64,000 bases of DNA from Polyangiaceae bacterium. GTDB taxonomy: Bacteria > Myxococcota_A > Polyangia > Polyangiales > Polyangiaceae. A model generated the notes under the pieces. It was not told where the DNA came from. It saw nothing but the letters and a program-made list of their open reading frames with translations, and made no database searches. This document shows, one piece after another, positions 17,836 to 27,279 of the stretch. How positions within the stretch are numbered: position 1 is the stretch's first letter; each line of letters opens with the position of its first letter. The stretch spans positions 32,001-96,000 of the forward strand of contig JANRKO010000033.1 in the NCBI GenBank assembly GCA_033763455.1. The letters are read 5' to 3'. A program made the translations under genes and the position numbers.

Positions 17836-19815
17836 CTACCCTCCCTTCCTTCGGAAGCTCTGCACCCGCGCGACCCAGCTGGCGGCGTCCGTGACGAGCT
17901 CCGCCACCTCTCGGCTCGAACTCGCCGAAAACCGAACGTTATCGCACCTCTCAAGTAGCTCTTCGGCTCCTTTGGCCAACTCGTGCGAAAGGCCCCCAGC
18001 AGTCAGCGTCTTCACCAGCTCATGGCGGAGAACCCCTCGCGCCTTGACGCCAGTCTTATCCTCAAGCACGCCCACGATCGCGCGTTCAAGCGGCGCCACA
18101 GCATCCAGTGAGCCGCTCTGGGCGATACCTTGCGCCTCTTTGAGAGCCTGCTGGGCGCGGTAGCTCAGGGCATTCTTTCGAGCCTGACCGCGCACCCACA
18201 AGGCCTTACAGGCTTTGGTGAGAGTTTGCCCAAACACGACCAGCACAGGGCCCAATAAGAGAAGCGGAAAGAACCAGGTACGATCAGACAGCTCCGGAGC
18301 TTTTGCGGTTGCACTCAGGATGGCCTGACGCGGCTGCATCAGCTGGAGGATATGTTCAAGCGGCGGAGGCGCTTGAGGCAGAGGAGGCTTAGCTTCCACT
18401 TGCCCCGTCCGGGGAGCGTTTGCTGGAATAACATTCACTCGCCCGAGAGCAGCGCTTGCCGTTTCGTAGCCCGCGGAAGGGTTGAAGTAAGGTAGCTCCA
18501 GGTTACCCAGATCAACACTGCCAACTTTGGAGAGGCGCGCGACGTAGGTGAACTTTCGATAACCTGTGAGCGCACCATCTTTGGGTGCTATCTCTTCGTT
18601 TATCGTGGGTTGTGAAAACTCAACGCCATTTTGCTCCGGGATGCTCAAGCTGCCTGGGAAATTGCCCTGCCCTTCGAGCCAAGCCGTGATCGCAACGGCG
18701 CCGCCCGCTTCCACTTCCCGTGGAGCAACCTCCACTTTGAGCTGAAAATGGCCCACATCTCCTAGGCGGTACCCCACGGGCCGACCTTTCATCGGGGGCT
18801 CCACCACTTCAACATCCGCGGGCACGCTGGTTCTTTTGACTACCTTCTGCCCACTGCGGGATATCAACGCGAGCTCCATCGTAAGCTCGCCGACTTTGAA
18901 GTGCCCCACGCTGAGCGGCACCAACATAAGCTCACGGATCTGCGCCGCGCCGAACAGCTGATCCCCTATCGGCACTCTGCGCACACTCACTTGGTCCTTC
19001 CTGGTCAAGTCGTAGGCTAAGAACTCCTTACGCGTGACATCCGTAACGCTCACGTCGTCGAACGCTGGGTAAGAACTGTAAGCGAACACTTTCAAAGTCA
19101 GCGCCTGACCAACGACCACCTTCTTCGGCGAAGCTTTGGAGACAATGAACGCGAGTGGATCCAAAGCTTTGGCAACCCGCCACTCATCCGGCACGCTAGC
19201 AGGATCGAAGGCGGGCTCATCGAGGCTCGGATCAGGCAGCGAGGGGCGGCCGAGCCTACCTCCAAAAGGGCCTCCAGGCCCAAATGGATCAAACGGATCG
19301 AACCCTTGAGGAAAACCCCCTCGAGCTTGAGGTTGCGAAGGTTGCCGCGGCAACGCACCTTGAGGCAATACCTCCAAGGTCTGGGCATCGTCGGAGAGGC
19401 GGCGTCCTTGCACCACGATGCTGGCGGGCCCGATGGTGTAGCGGCCGGCCTTGGTAGGCGTAACGCTCCAACTCGCGGTCACTCCGTAATTACGGCTCAT
19501 GCGCCCATTTACGATAGAGATCTGCTGTTGTGTGCTCACGTTGGGCCCCAGCGCGACAAACCCCGGGGGCAACTTTAGGCTGGGATTTTGGGGCTGCGCG
19601 GAATCATCGTCGACCAAGGTTGTGAGTTGCACGACGAAAGTCTCGCCCACCTCCACCTGACGAGCGCTAAGCTCCGTATTCAAACGCTGGGCCAACGCAA
19701 GCTTCGGCAAGCAGCAGATCAAAAAAAGCAAAACTCTCAAGCCCCATGCGCAAACATGCCGCCTGCTCTGAGCGAGGCAATGCGGCCGAGGGCATCCCGG
19801 GGCTTGCAGAATCAC
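17836..19815 (-). CDS. batD: BatD family protein
   Basis: VEVGETF, QISIVNG, GRYTIGPA, VGHFQL, GQGNF, LPYFNP; operon position. Confidence 0.85.
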   Translation of the reverse strand: MILQAPGCPRPHCLAQSRRHVCAWGLRVLLFLICCLPKLALAQRLNTELSARQVEVGETFVVQLTTLVDDDSAQPQNPSLKLPPGFVALGPNVSTQQQISIVNGRMSRNYGVTASWSVTPTKAGRYTIGPASIVVQGRRLSDDAQTLEVLPQGALPRQPSQPQARGGFPQGFDPFDPFGPGGPFGGRLGRPSLPDPSLDEPAFDPASVPDEWRVAKALDPLAFIVSKASPKKVVVGQALTLKVFAYSSYPAFDDVSVTDVTRKEFLAYDLTRKDQVSVRRVPIGDQLFGAAQIRELMLVPLSVGHFKVGELTMELALISRSGQKVVKRTSVPADVEVVEPPMKGRPVGYRLGDVGHFQLKVEVAPREVEAGGAVAITAWLEGQGNFPGSLSIPEQNGVEFSQPTINEEIAPKDGALTGYRKFTYVARLSKVGSVDLGNLELPYFNPSAGYETASAALGRVNVIPANAPRTGQVEAKPPLPQAPPPLEHILQLMQPRQAILSATAKAPELSDRTWFFPLLLLGPVLVVFGQTLTKACKALWVRGQARKNALSYRAQQALKEAQGIAQSGSLDAVAPLERAIVGVLEDKTGVKARGVLRHELVKTLTAGGLSHELAKGAEELLERCDNVRFSASSSREVAELVTDAASWVARVQSFRRKGG

Positions 19816-21896
19816 CGATCCTCCGCCGCACTCAGTGCCCGACGCACCCTGGCCTTTTTGGCGAGCTCTTGCTGCAACGTGGGGGCCCGCTCCAGCATAT
19901 CCATCACGCGCTGGTTCTCGGCTCCGTTGGGCTTCTGGGCAGATTTCTCTTGCTCTTGTGCGCTAGCATCATCGGCGCTGGCGTCTTTCGGCTGCTCTTG
20001 TCCAGCATCGCCGGCATCCGGGGGCCCGCTGTCTTGGTCTTGCGGCGAGCCGCTGTCTTGGCCGGCATCGGGAGGTGAATCCCCAGCGTCGTTGCCAGCG
20101 TCGCTCCCCGCATCACTTCCCCCGTCGTCGCCGCCATCTTGCCCACCGTCCGAGCCGGCATCCGGAGAAGCATCGGGCTTCTCTTCGTCGATGCGACGCA
20201 GAGCAATCGAGCGGTTGAAAGCGGCATCTTGCCCCAGCAGATCTCCGGCGTCGCCCGTCACGCCGGGAACCAGCCTGAGCGCTTTGTCGTAATGGCTCAC
20301 AGCCCCGCGGTAATTGCCGCGCAGGAACTCCAAGTTGCCGGAAAGGTAGTGTGCGCGGGCTCGGAGCTCGGCGGGCGTGGCCGGATCGAGCGCGATGGCT
20401 TGAGCAATGCGGAGCGCGCAATCCACCTGATCTCTTCGGTTCTCCTCTGCTTTTTGTGCAGCGGGATCGGGTGGAGCGTCGGGCGCACCATGAGCCAAGC
20501 CCTCTTCACCAAACTTCTTTCCAAATTTTTCAGCCAAGCGAAACAGCGCGAGCCCCAAGTCAAAGGCAGCGAAGGGGCGCTCTTTCACGCTCTCTGGCGT
20601 CCCGATCTTGCCACCCTCACATTTACCCGTTTTCAGGTACTCAATGAGGCTCTGCTGCGCTCCCGCGGAATCTCCAGCGTCCAGTTTTTCCACCGCATCA
20701 TCTACAGCGGGCGAGTAGCGCTCAAACCACTTGGAGGGATTGGGGTCGCAGGAAGACAGGGCAAGCCCCATCAGCAGGAGACTAGCTAATGGCGCCCGCC
20801 CGCGCGTCTTCTTCATAAGGCTCTCTCGACGCTTTGTACTGTGCACGTCGCCTTCGGGGCCCGCAGCCTTCTGCCGCTTTCCCCGACGCTTCGCCTCTCC
20901 GATCAACACCTCGATCAGAAGCAATAACGCCGCCACGCTCAGCGGATACATGTAGACGTCCGCGTACACCGTTTCCACCTTCTCGCTGAGCTCTTCGGTC
21001 ATGAGCTTCCTGAGGCGCGAAGTGATGGCGTCGATGCCCATTTTTCCGCGCTGGCTGCGAACGATCGTGCCTCCCGCAGTTTCTGCGATTTTTGCCAAGG
21101 CTGCTTCACCCTCGGCCGAAAGCGCTGTGGTGACAGCCGCGCCGGATTCGTCCTTGCGCAGCCCAGTAACGCGCCCAGCGCTGTCGATCTCTGGCAAGGG
21201 CTCAGCGGTACGGCTGCCGATCTGCACCACGTGGAGTGTGATGTCTTCCTGGGCGCAAGATTGGGCGACCTGGACCGGATCGCCTTCCAGATCTTCACCG
21301 TCCGTAATGAGAATGATAACGCGCTTGTGCCTTCGCGAAATCGGATCTCGCGCCAGAAGGTCACGCGCTGACTCTAACGCTCGGGCGATAGCGGTGCCGC
21401 CCACTGGCATGTCGTTGGGTGAAAGCTGATTGAGAAATTGCTTAATCGCGCCGCTATCACTCGTGAGCGGAAAGCTCATGGGCTCTCCGGCGAACGCCAC
21501 TGCGCCAAAGCGCGCCCCGGGCAGCGCGGCCACAAGATCGGCCACTTCGGCTTTGGCTCGCTCAATGCGGAACGGCGGAATATCCTGAGCGTACATGCTC
21601 TTGGAATAGTCGAGCGTGATCACTACATCGAGGTTGGTGGCCGGAATTGTCCGCGTGCCGCGCCCATACTGCGGCTGAGCTAGGGCCACAAGCCCGGCGG
21701 CCACAGCGAGAACCAAAAGCACGCCCTTTACGGCGCGGCGAGAACCAGCATTCGCTGTAAAGAGCTTCTTCACTTGCTCTTCGAACCCAAAGCGGCGCGC
21801 CGCCCTGACCCCGAGCACCCCGCCCAGAATAAGGAACAGAGCCACCAACAAGCCTACACCCGTGCCAAACAACCAAATGGGTTCCGCGAATCGCAT
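19812..21896 (-). CDS. VWA + TPR protein (BatB-BatC fusion)
   Basis: ALAQPQYG, MIDAS DYSKSM, PLTSD, GTAI, LITDGED; C-terminal TPRs and a DAG-rich tract; TAATG overlap with batA. Confidence 0.88.
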   Translation of the reverse strand: MRFAEPIWLFGTGVGLLVALFLILGGVLGVRAARRFGFEEQVKKLFTANAGSRRAVKGVLLVLAVAAGLVALAQPQYGRGTRTIPATNLDVVITLDYSKSMYAQDIPPFRIERAKAEVADLVAALPGARFGAVAFAGEPMSFPLTSDSGAIKQFLNQLSPNDMPVGGTAIARALESARDLLARDPISRRHKRVIILITDGEDLEGDPVQVAQSCAQEDITLHVVQIGSRTAEPLPEIDSAGRVTGLRKDESGAAVTTALSAEGEAALAKIAETAGGTIVRSQRGKMGIDAITSRLRKLMTEELSEKVETVYADVYMYPLSVAALLLLIEVLIGEAKRRGKRQKAAGPEGDVHSTKRRESLMKKTRGRAPLASLLLMGLALSSCDPNPSKWFERYSPAVDDAVEKLDAGDSAGAQQSLIEYLKTGKCEGGKIGTPESVKERPFAAFDLGLALFRLAEKFGKKFGEEGLAHGAPDAPPDPAAQKAEENRRDQVDCALRIAQAIALDPATPAELRARAHYLSGNLEFLRGNYRGAVSHYDKALRLVPGVTGDAGDLLGQDAAFNRSIALRRIDEEKPDASPDAGSDGGQDGGDDGGSDAGSDAGNDAGDSPPDAGQDSGSPQDQDSGPPDAGDAGQEQPKDASADDASAQEQEKSAQKPNGAENQRVMDMLERAPTLQQELAKKARVRRALSAAEDR

Positions 21897-23053
21897 TACG
21901 GAAACCTCCTCAACCAAACTGCACTGAGCAGTGCTTCGAGAGCTAACATCAGCACCGCGGGCAGCAGCAAATACCTGTAGAGATCTTCGTAGCTCGCGTT
22001 GTTGGAATCGAACTTTGTGCGTTCCAAAGTGTTGAGCACTTCGTGCACGCTATCTTGCAGGGCACGGGCGTCACTCGCGACGTAAGCTTGGCCTCCCGTG
22101 CGTTGAGCTAACTCGCGCAGAAGCTTCGGATTGGTCGGGGCGGGTACGTTCACATATTGCGGCTGCCCAAAGAGATTGAACCCGCGTTGAAACTGCGCCA
22201 CGTCGCCCTGGCCGATCTGGATCGTGAACACTTTGACGCCCACCTGCTTGGCGAGATCGGCAGCAAATTCGGGGGCCAGCTTGCCTCCCTTGTTGTCCCC
22301 GTCGGTGAGCAAGAGCACGGTCTTGGTAGTTGCCGTGCTTTTCCGCAGGCGCGCCACCGATACACCCAGTGCGTCGCCAATTGCCGTGCCGTCAGCCGAG
22401 ATGAGATTGAGCTCCATTTTCGCAACGCTGGCATCCAACATATGGTAATCCAGCGTCGGCGGGGAAAGCACATACGCGTCAGCCGCAAATACTACCACGC
22501 CGATACGATCCGTTTTTCGGCGCGCAATGAAATCGCGCAGCACCGCACGAGCAACATCCACGCGAGTGGGTAGGACACCGGGCGAGCGCTCTGGCATGTA
22601 GGGCGCGAGGTTATCGGGAAGATTCGTGATGGAGGCCGCCATCGAACCGGAGAGGTCGAGGGCTATTACAATGTCGATCCCTTCCTCTTCGGTGGTGGCC
22701 GGCCGCAGAGTATTCACCGGTCGCGCAAGGGCCAGACACATCCCCATAAGGCCAACGGTGCGCAACACTCCGGGCACATCCCTAAGCCAGGCTCGCACGC
22801 CTACGGGGCCCTGGGCAAAACCCGCCAAAGTGCCCATGCGCAGCCGAGGCGTGCGCCCATCGCGGCCCCAGGTACTCAACCAAAACACGAGTGGTAGCGG
22901 CAAGAGAGCCAATAAGAACCAAGGCATTTGCCACTCTGCCGCGAGCCACTCCTCGCCACGGCTGACGAGCGGATACGCCAACAGGAGCCCACACGTGACG
23001 AGCAACAGCAAGACCAATACGGTGGCCCGCTTGGCTCCAGAAACGCGCGTCAA
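21896..23053 (-). CDS. batA: VWA domain protein BatA
   Basis: ALARP, GIDIVIALDLSGSM, DRIGVVVF, GTAIGDALG, LLTDGDN; TTG 23053 overlaps the upstream stop. Confidence 0.88.
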   Translation of the reverse strand: MTRVSGAKRATVLVLLLLVTCGLLLAYPLVSRGEEWLAAEWQMPWFLLALLPLPLVFWLSTWGRDGRTPRLRMGTLAGFAQGPVGVRAWLRDVPGVLRTVGLMGMCLALARPVNTLRPATTEEEGIDIVIALDLSGSMAASITNLPDNLAPYMPERSPGVLPTRVDVARAVLRDFIARRKTDRIGVVVFAADAYVLSPPTLDYHMLDASVAKMELNLISADGTAIGDALGVSVARLRKSTATTKTVLLLTDGDNKGGKLAPEFAADLAKQVGVKVFTIQIGQGDVAQFQRGFNLFGQPQYVNVPAPTNPKLLRELAQRTGGQAYVASDARALQDSVHEVLNTLERTKFDSNNASYEDLYRYLLLPAVLMLALEALLSAVWLRRFP

Positions 23054-24258
23054 GGTGCCCCTCCGTTGCCAGGCACTTGGCCACCGGGGTTCGGCAGACC
23101 GGGCGCCTGCACCGCTGCCTGTGGCGGCGCCGTGGGGAGCGTCTTTTGCACAATGTCTTCGGCCTGTTGAAGCACGAGTGCACACTGCTCTTCGGAGGGT
23201 GAAACTTTAGCGAACTTCACCAAGTCGGCGTCCACCAGGAAATTCCGAATGAGGATCCCCGTTGCCTGGTCAAGCGCGCTCTCTCGAATGAGCAGCACCG
23301 TTTCACGTGTCGTGCATTCGAGACCATCGAATCCAAAACGATCACCGAGGTATTGGCGAATGATGTTCGCCGCTCGCTCGTAGTGCTCCGCCTGCCTGTT
23401 TGCGGCAACGAGGCCCGCGTGACGCAAATCGAAAAGGGCTTCGCGTGCGACATCCCAAGGTGGCCGCACCTTGCGTGGAGGTGCCGGCTTCTTCGGGCGC
23501 TTCAACCAACGGCCAACCAAAAATGCGGTAAGTGCCGCGAGGACAAGCGCCGCTAATAAACCGATAACTGCGTATTTTAGCAACGTCCACTCTTCACGTT
23601 GTCGGCGTGGAGGCGGGTTCTGTTTGGGCTTTGGATTGGGGGTGTTTGCGGTGGGGTCTTCAACCGCTAGGGTGTGCACCGAAGTGCACAAGGTCACCAC
23701 TTCGCCACTCGCGCGGGATAGTGCGATGGGAACCGCCGGGAGCGTTAGAGTTTGGCGACCAGGCTTCTCGGGCAGTACCAAAAAGGGCAGTACCACACGC
23801 GTGGTGATCTGATCCCCGGCGGGCCTCGTTTCGAGCGTGGGTGCGCTCGACCCCTCTGGATCTGGAAGCGCGAAACCTGCGCGCTTCAGTGCCTCCACAG
23901 CCGGCCCTTCCCGCTGCAGTCGGAAGCCGCTCGGTAGCACACTCTGACCTTTACCGTGTGTGATACTAACTTCCAAGCTAACACCGTGACCGCTCAGCGC
24001 CCGGCTGGGGAACTTCTCAGTGAACTTAGGGCGTGTGGCGGCTTCTGCCGTCTCAATGCAACTTTCTCCGCCCTTGGCGGCCGTTAGAGCGGGCACGGGT
24101 ACTGGGGCTGCAGCAGGCGCGGATGCTGTGGGCGCCGATACTGCCGGCGCGGATGCTGCCGGCGCGGATGCTGCCGGCGGCTGTGCCTTGACGCGCTGTC
24201 CCGAAAACGCCAAGCCAAAACCGAGCGCGGCCGCCGTGACCATCCGAACCAAGCTCAT
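23050..24258 (-). CDS. Bat-operon membrane protein (DUF4381-like)
   Basis: Signal peptide, Ig-like region, TM, then PPWDVA..L...IIRQYL..RFG...E.TT.E...ADLVKFAK. Confidence 0.75.
   Translation of the reverse strand: MSLVRMVTAAALGFGLAFSGQRVKAQPPAASAPAASAPAVSAPTASAPAAAPVPVPALTAAKGGESCIETAEAATRPKFTEKFPSRALSGHGVSLEVSITHGKGQSVLPSGFRLQREGPAVEALKRAGFALPDPEGSSAPTLETRPAGDQITTRVVLPFLVLPEKPGRQTLTLPAVPIALSRASGEVVTLCTSVHTLAVEDPTANTPNPKPKQNPPPRRQREEWTLLKYAVIGLLAALVLAALTAFLVGRWLKRPKKPAPPRKVRPPWDVAREALFDLRHAGLVAANRQAEHYERAANIIRQYLGDRFGFDGLECTTRETVLLIRESALDQATGILIRNFLVDADLVKFAKVSPSEEQCALVLQQAEDIVQKTLPTAPPQAAVQAPGLPNPGGQVPGNGGAP
24116..24180. repeat. 15-bp tandem repeat (about 4 copies) encoding a PAASA linker
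   Basis: GGCGCGGATGCTGCC units, two exact and two degenerate. Confidence 0.75.
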
Positions 24259-25139
24259 GACCGCCGCACCCTCTTTGCGCGCCGATTGAACAGATCTCGA
24301 AGCGGCTTCACGTAAGGCTGATCCGTGCGCACCACGCAGTGATCAAGCCCCAGCTTGCGAAACAGCCGAATCTGCGCGCCCCGCACGTTCTTCATGGCTT
24401 GCTTGTAGTGCTCCCGCACCCGAGCGTCAGAAGTATCCACGATCAGGCTCTCACCCGTTTCAAAGTCCTCAAAAGTAGCGAGCCCCACATCCGCAAGCTC
24501 TTCATCGCGAGGATCCAGAAGCAAGATCGGAATCACATCGTGCCGCGCCGCCGCCAAGGAGAGTGCTCGTTCGTGCCCGGTTGCATAGAAATCACTCAAC
24601 ACAAACGCCACGCTGCGCCGGCGAGCCACGCGGTACAGAGTTTCGAGGGCGATCTTGAGGTCAGTACCGCGATGCTCGGGGGTTGCACCCAAGATCTCGC
24701 GCACCACGCGCATTACGTGCTTCTGCCCTTTTTTGGGGGGCACAATCTTTTCCACGCGGTCCGTCGCTAAGATCAAACCCACGCGATCATTATGTTTGAT
24801 GGCGCTAAACGCACACAAAGCCCCGACTTCGGCGGCCACTCGTGATTTATCGCTCTTTTGCGAGCCAAACTGCTCACTCGCGGAGATATCCACCACGAGC
24901 ATCATCGTCATCTCGCGCTCTTCAACGAACACTTTGACGTAGGGCTCATTCATGCGAGCGCTCACGTTCCAGTCGATCGTGCGCACGTCGTCCCCGGGCT
25001 GATATTGGCGCACCTCGCGGAACGCGAGGCCTTGCCCTTTGAAGACGGACGTGTAGTTACCTGCCAGCTGCTCGGTGGCAAGCCGGTTGGTCGTGATCTC
25101 GATCTTCTTCAAAGCTTTGAAGAGCTCTTTTTGAATCAC
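24255..25139 (-). CDS. DUF58 domain protein
   Basis: GQGLAFREVRQYQPGDDVRTIDWNVSAR, VDISAS, SDF. Confidence 0.96.
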   Translation of the reverse strand: MIQKELFKALKKIEITTNRLATEQLAGNYTSVFKGQGLAFREVRQYQPGDDVRTIDWNVSARMNEPYVKVFVEEREMTMMLVVDISASEQFGSQKSDKSRVAAEVGALCAFSAIKHNDRVGLILATDRVEKIVPPKKGQKHVMRVVREILGATPEHRGTDLKIALETLYRVARRRSVAFVLSDFYATGHERALSLAAARHDVIPILLLDPRDEELADVGLATFEDFETGESLIVDTSDARVREHYKQAMKNVRGAQIRLFRKLGLDHCVVRTDQPYVKPLRDLFNRRAKRVRRS

Positions 25140-25170
25140 GCAACGTCCTCAAAGGCAGGCTGTGGCAGAA

Positions 25171-26157
25171 TTACGGCACTTCGACGACTTCAAACACGCG
25201 GCGCACGATGTCTTCAGCGCTCACCTCTTCGGCCTCGGCCTCATAAGAGACAACTACGCGGTGCCGAAGCACATCCGGCCCGATTGCTTTCACATCTTCG
25301 GGGGTAACGTAGCCGCGATGCCTTAAAAATGCGTGAGCTCGCGCCGCCAGGCTGAGAGCAATGCTTGCGCGGGGGCTCGCGCCATATTGAATCAGAGGCG
25401 CCAAATCTTGCAGGCCCTTGCGGGCCGGGTCGCGCGTCGCAAACACCACATCCAGAATGTAATTCTTGACGCGTTCGTCGACATAGACGTCCTTCACAAT
25501 CTTGCGTGCTTCGAGCAGTTGCTCAGGCGTCGTCTTCGGGCTCGCCACCTTCGGGATGGTGCCCGTCATGCGATCCATCACTACCCGCTCTTCGTCTCGC
25601 GTGGGGTAGCCCACTTTCACCATCAGCATGAAGCGATCAACCTGGGCCTCAGGTAGCGGATAGGTACCCTCTTGCTCGATCGGGTTTTGCGTGGCCATCA
25701 CCACAAATGGCGTGGGGAGTGCGAAAGTTTGATCCCCAATAGTAACCTGGCCCTCTTGCATTGCCTCCAAAAGGGCGCTTTGCACCTTGGCCGGCGCGCG
25801 ATTGATTTCGTCGGCAAGCACTAGGTTGGCAAAAATCGGGCCTAACTTGCTGCGAAATTCCCCAGTGCGTTGCTCATAGATGGTGGTGCCAATCAAGTCT
25901 GCAGGCAGAAGATCAGGCGTGAACTGGACGCGAGCGAACTTGGCGCTGATAACATCGCACAGGGTCCGCACCGTGAGCGTCTTGGCCAGCCCTGGCACGC
26001 CCTCTAGTAGAACGTGCCCACCGGCGAGAATCCCGATGAGCAAGCGCTCCACCATGTGCGTTTGTCCCACGATGACCTTGCCCACCTCGGCCATTAGGTC
26101 GTCCACCATGGCGCTTTGGGACGCCACCATTTCGTTTAATGCCCTTACGTCCTGCAT
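25171..26157 (-). CDS. moxR: MoxR-family AAA+ ATPase
   Basis: GVPGLAKT, QFTPDLLPAD, DEINRAPAKVQSALLEAMQE, ATQNPIEQEGTYPLPEAQ.DRF. Confidence 0.97.
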   Translation of the reverse strand: MQDVRALNEMVASQSAMVDDLMAEVGKVIVGQTHMVERLLIGILAGGHVLLEGVPGLAKTLTVRTLCDVISAKFARVQFTPDLLPADLIGTTIYEQRTGEFRSKLGPIFANLVLADEINRAPAKVQSALLEAMQEGQVTIGDQTFALPTPFVVMATQNPIEQEGTYPLPEAQVDRFMLMVKVGYPTRDEERVVMDRMTGTIPKVASPKTTPEQLLEARKIVKDVYVDERVKNYILDVVFATRDPARKGLQDLAPLIQYGASPRASIALSLAARAHAFLRHRGYVTPEDVKAIGPDVLRHRVVVSYEAEAEEVSAEDIVRRVFEVVEVP

Positions 26158-26389
26158 CGCGCAAACTCCCGAAACACTATTCCAAGGCTTTTTCCGTTGC
26201 GGCTATAGCCAACCGTGCCCGCTCAGACAATCCGCCACGGCCGAGTATTCCGTGGGATCTGTAAAAGCACCCCAAGAACGTGGTGTGATTCAAATCAGAG
26301 TGGCGATGTGGCAACGACCAGCAAACGCAGCTGGGCCCAAGTACCCGCGAGCCAATACGCAGGATGGCGGTAGCCCTGTTTTGTCGCGA

Positions 26390-26415
26390 AAGGTACTTAG
26401 CATGACAAGTACCTT
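26390..26415. promoter_or_regulatory. Near-perfect 26-bp palindrome, candidate operator or RNA stem
   Basis: AAGGTACTT-AG-CATG-AC-AAGTACCTT in the divergent moxR / lipoprotein intergenic region. Confidence 0.45.
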
Positions 26416-26535
26416 CGGCGGACGCAAAAGGTGCCTCGACTCGGACCACGGCGTAAGAACTTGAGCTGGGCGCAAGAACTAGGGACACTGCTGCACCGAC
26501 AAGCCGTTTTGGCCATGTTGCTTTTGGAGGTTCGA

Positions 26536-27096
26536 ATGCGAAAATTGCTTGCTTTGGGTTCCCTTAGTACGGTCACGCTCTTAGCGTTTTCGGGGTGCGG
26601 CAGCGATTCTACGAGCGGTGGCACAGCCACGGGTGGCGCTCCAAGCGGGTCAGGTGGCGCCAGCAACAGCAGCGGTGGCACCAAGGCTACTGGTGGCACG
26701 AGCGCAGGGAACACCGGCGGCGCCAAGGCCACAGGCGGGGCAACCAACACGAACACCGGCGGCGCCAACAACACTGCGGCGGGCGGTGCTCAGGCGAACA
26801 CCGGTGGATTCGGTAACTTCGGCACTGGTGGTTTCCCGAGCCTGGCGAACTGCCCGCAAGCCAAGCCTACGAACGGCGGCACTTGCGATGCGAACTCAAC
26901 ACCATTTTGCCTCTACAACACCACAGAGATATGCACCTGCAACGGCACCTGGAATTGCCCGACTGCCGCAGCTAACTGCCCAGCCGACAAACCAACCAAT
27001 GGCAGCGCGTGCACCACAGCGGGGGACCTTTGCCCGTACGGGCAGGGCGGTTGTTTCTGCTTGCAGGGCATCGGCCTAACTTGGGTATGCCAGTAA
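26536..27096 (+). CDS. Gly-rich lipoprotein with two 6-Cys repeats
   Basis: GGAGG RBS before ATG 26536; lipobox FSGC; GGxxxTGG linker; two CPxxxPxxGxxC...CxY...CxC...WxC units. Confidence 0.8.
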   Translation: MRKLLALGSLSTVTLLAFSGCGSDSTSGGTATGGAPSGSGGASNSSGGTKATGGTSAGNTGGAKATGGATNTNTGGANNTAAGGAQANTGGFGNFGTGGFPSLANCPQAKPTNGGTCDANSTPFCLYNTTEICTCNGTWNCPTAAANCPADKPTNGSACTTAGDLCPYGQGGCFCLQGIGLTWVCQ

Positions 27097-27279
27097 CCGC
27101 TAGCGCCTTACTTGTACTAGCTCCGCACTCCGGTGCGTTGGCCCAACGCGGCAACCGAAGCCGCAATTTGAGCGAGGCATTGGAATGCTCATGCTCGGCG
27201 GTTTGTCACTTGACCTAACTCACCTCCCATGACGAGAGTCTGCTCAACGCGGAGCAGGCTCTCGCATTCGGAGAAAATC

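Noticed and set aside
19960..20180. Repeat array or CRISPR-like region
   Set aside because: In-frame low-complexity DAG-rich linker of the VWA-TPR protein; no constant repeat with unique spacers
17009..26157. MoxR-DUF58-VWA-Bat operon as a novel system
   Set aside because: Well-known conserved operon; only the internal lipobox is reported as a finding
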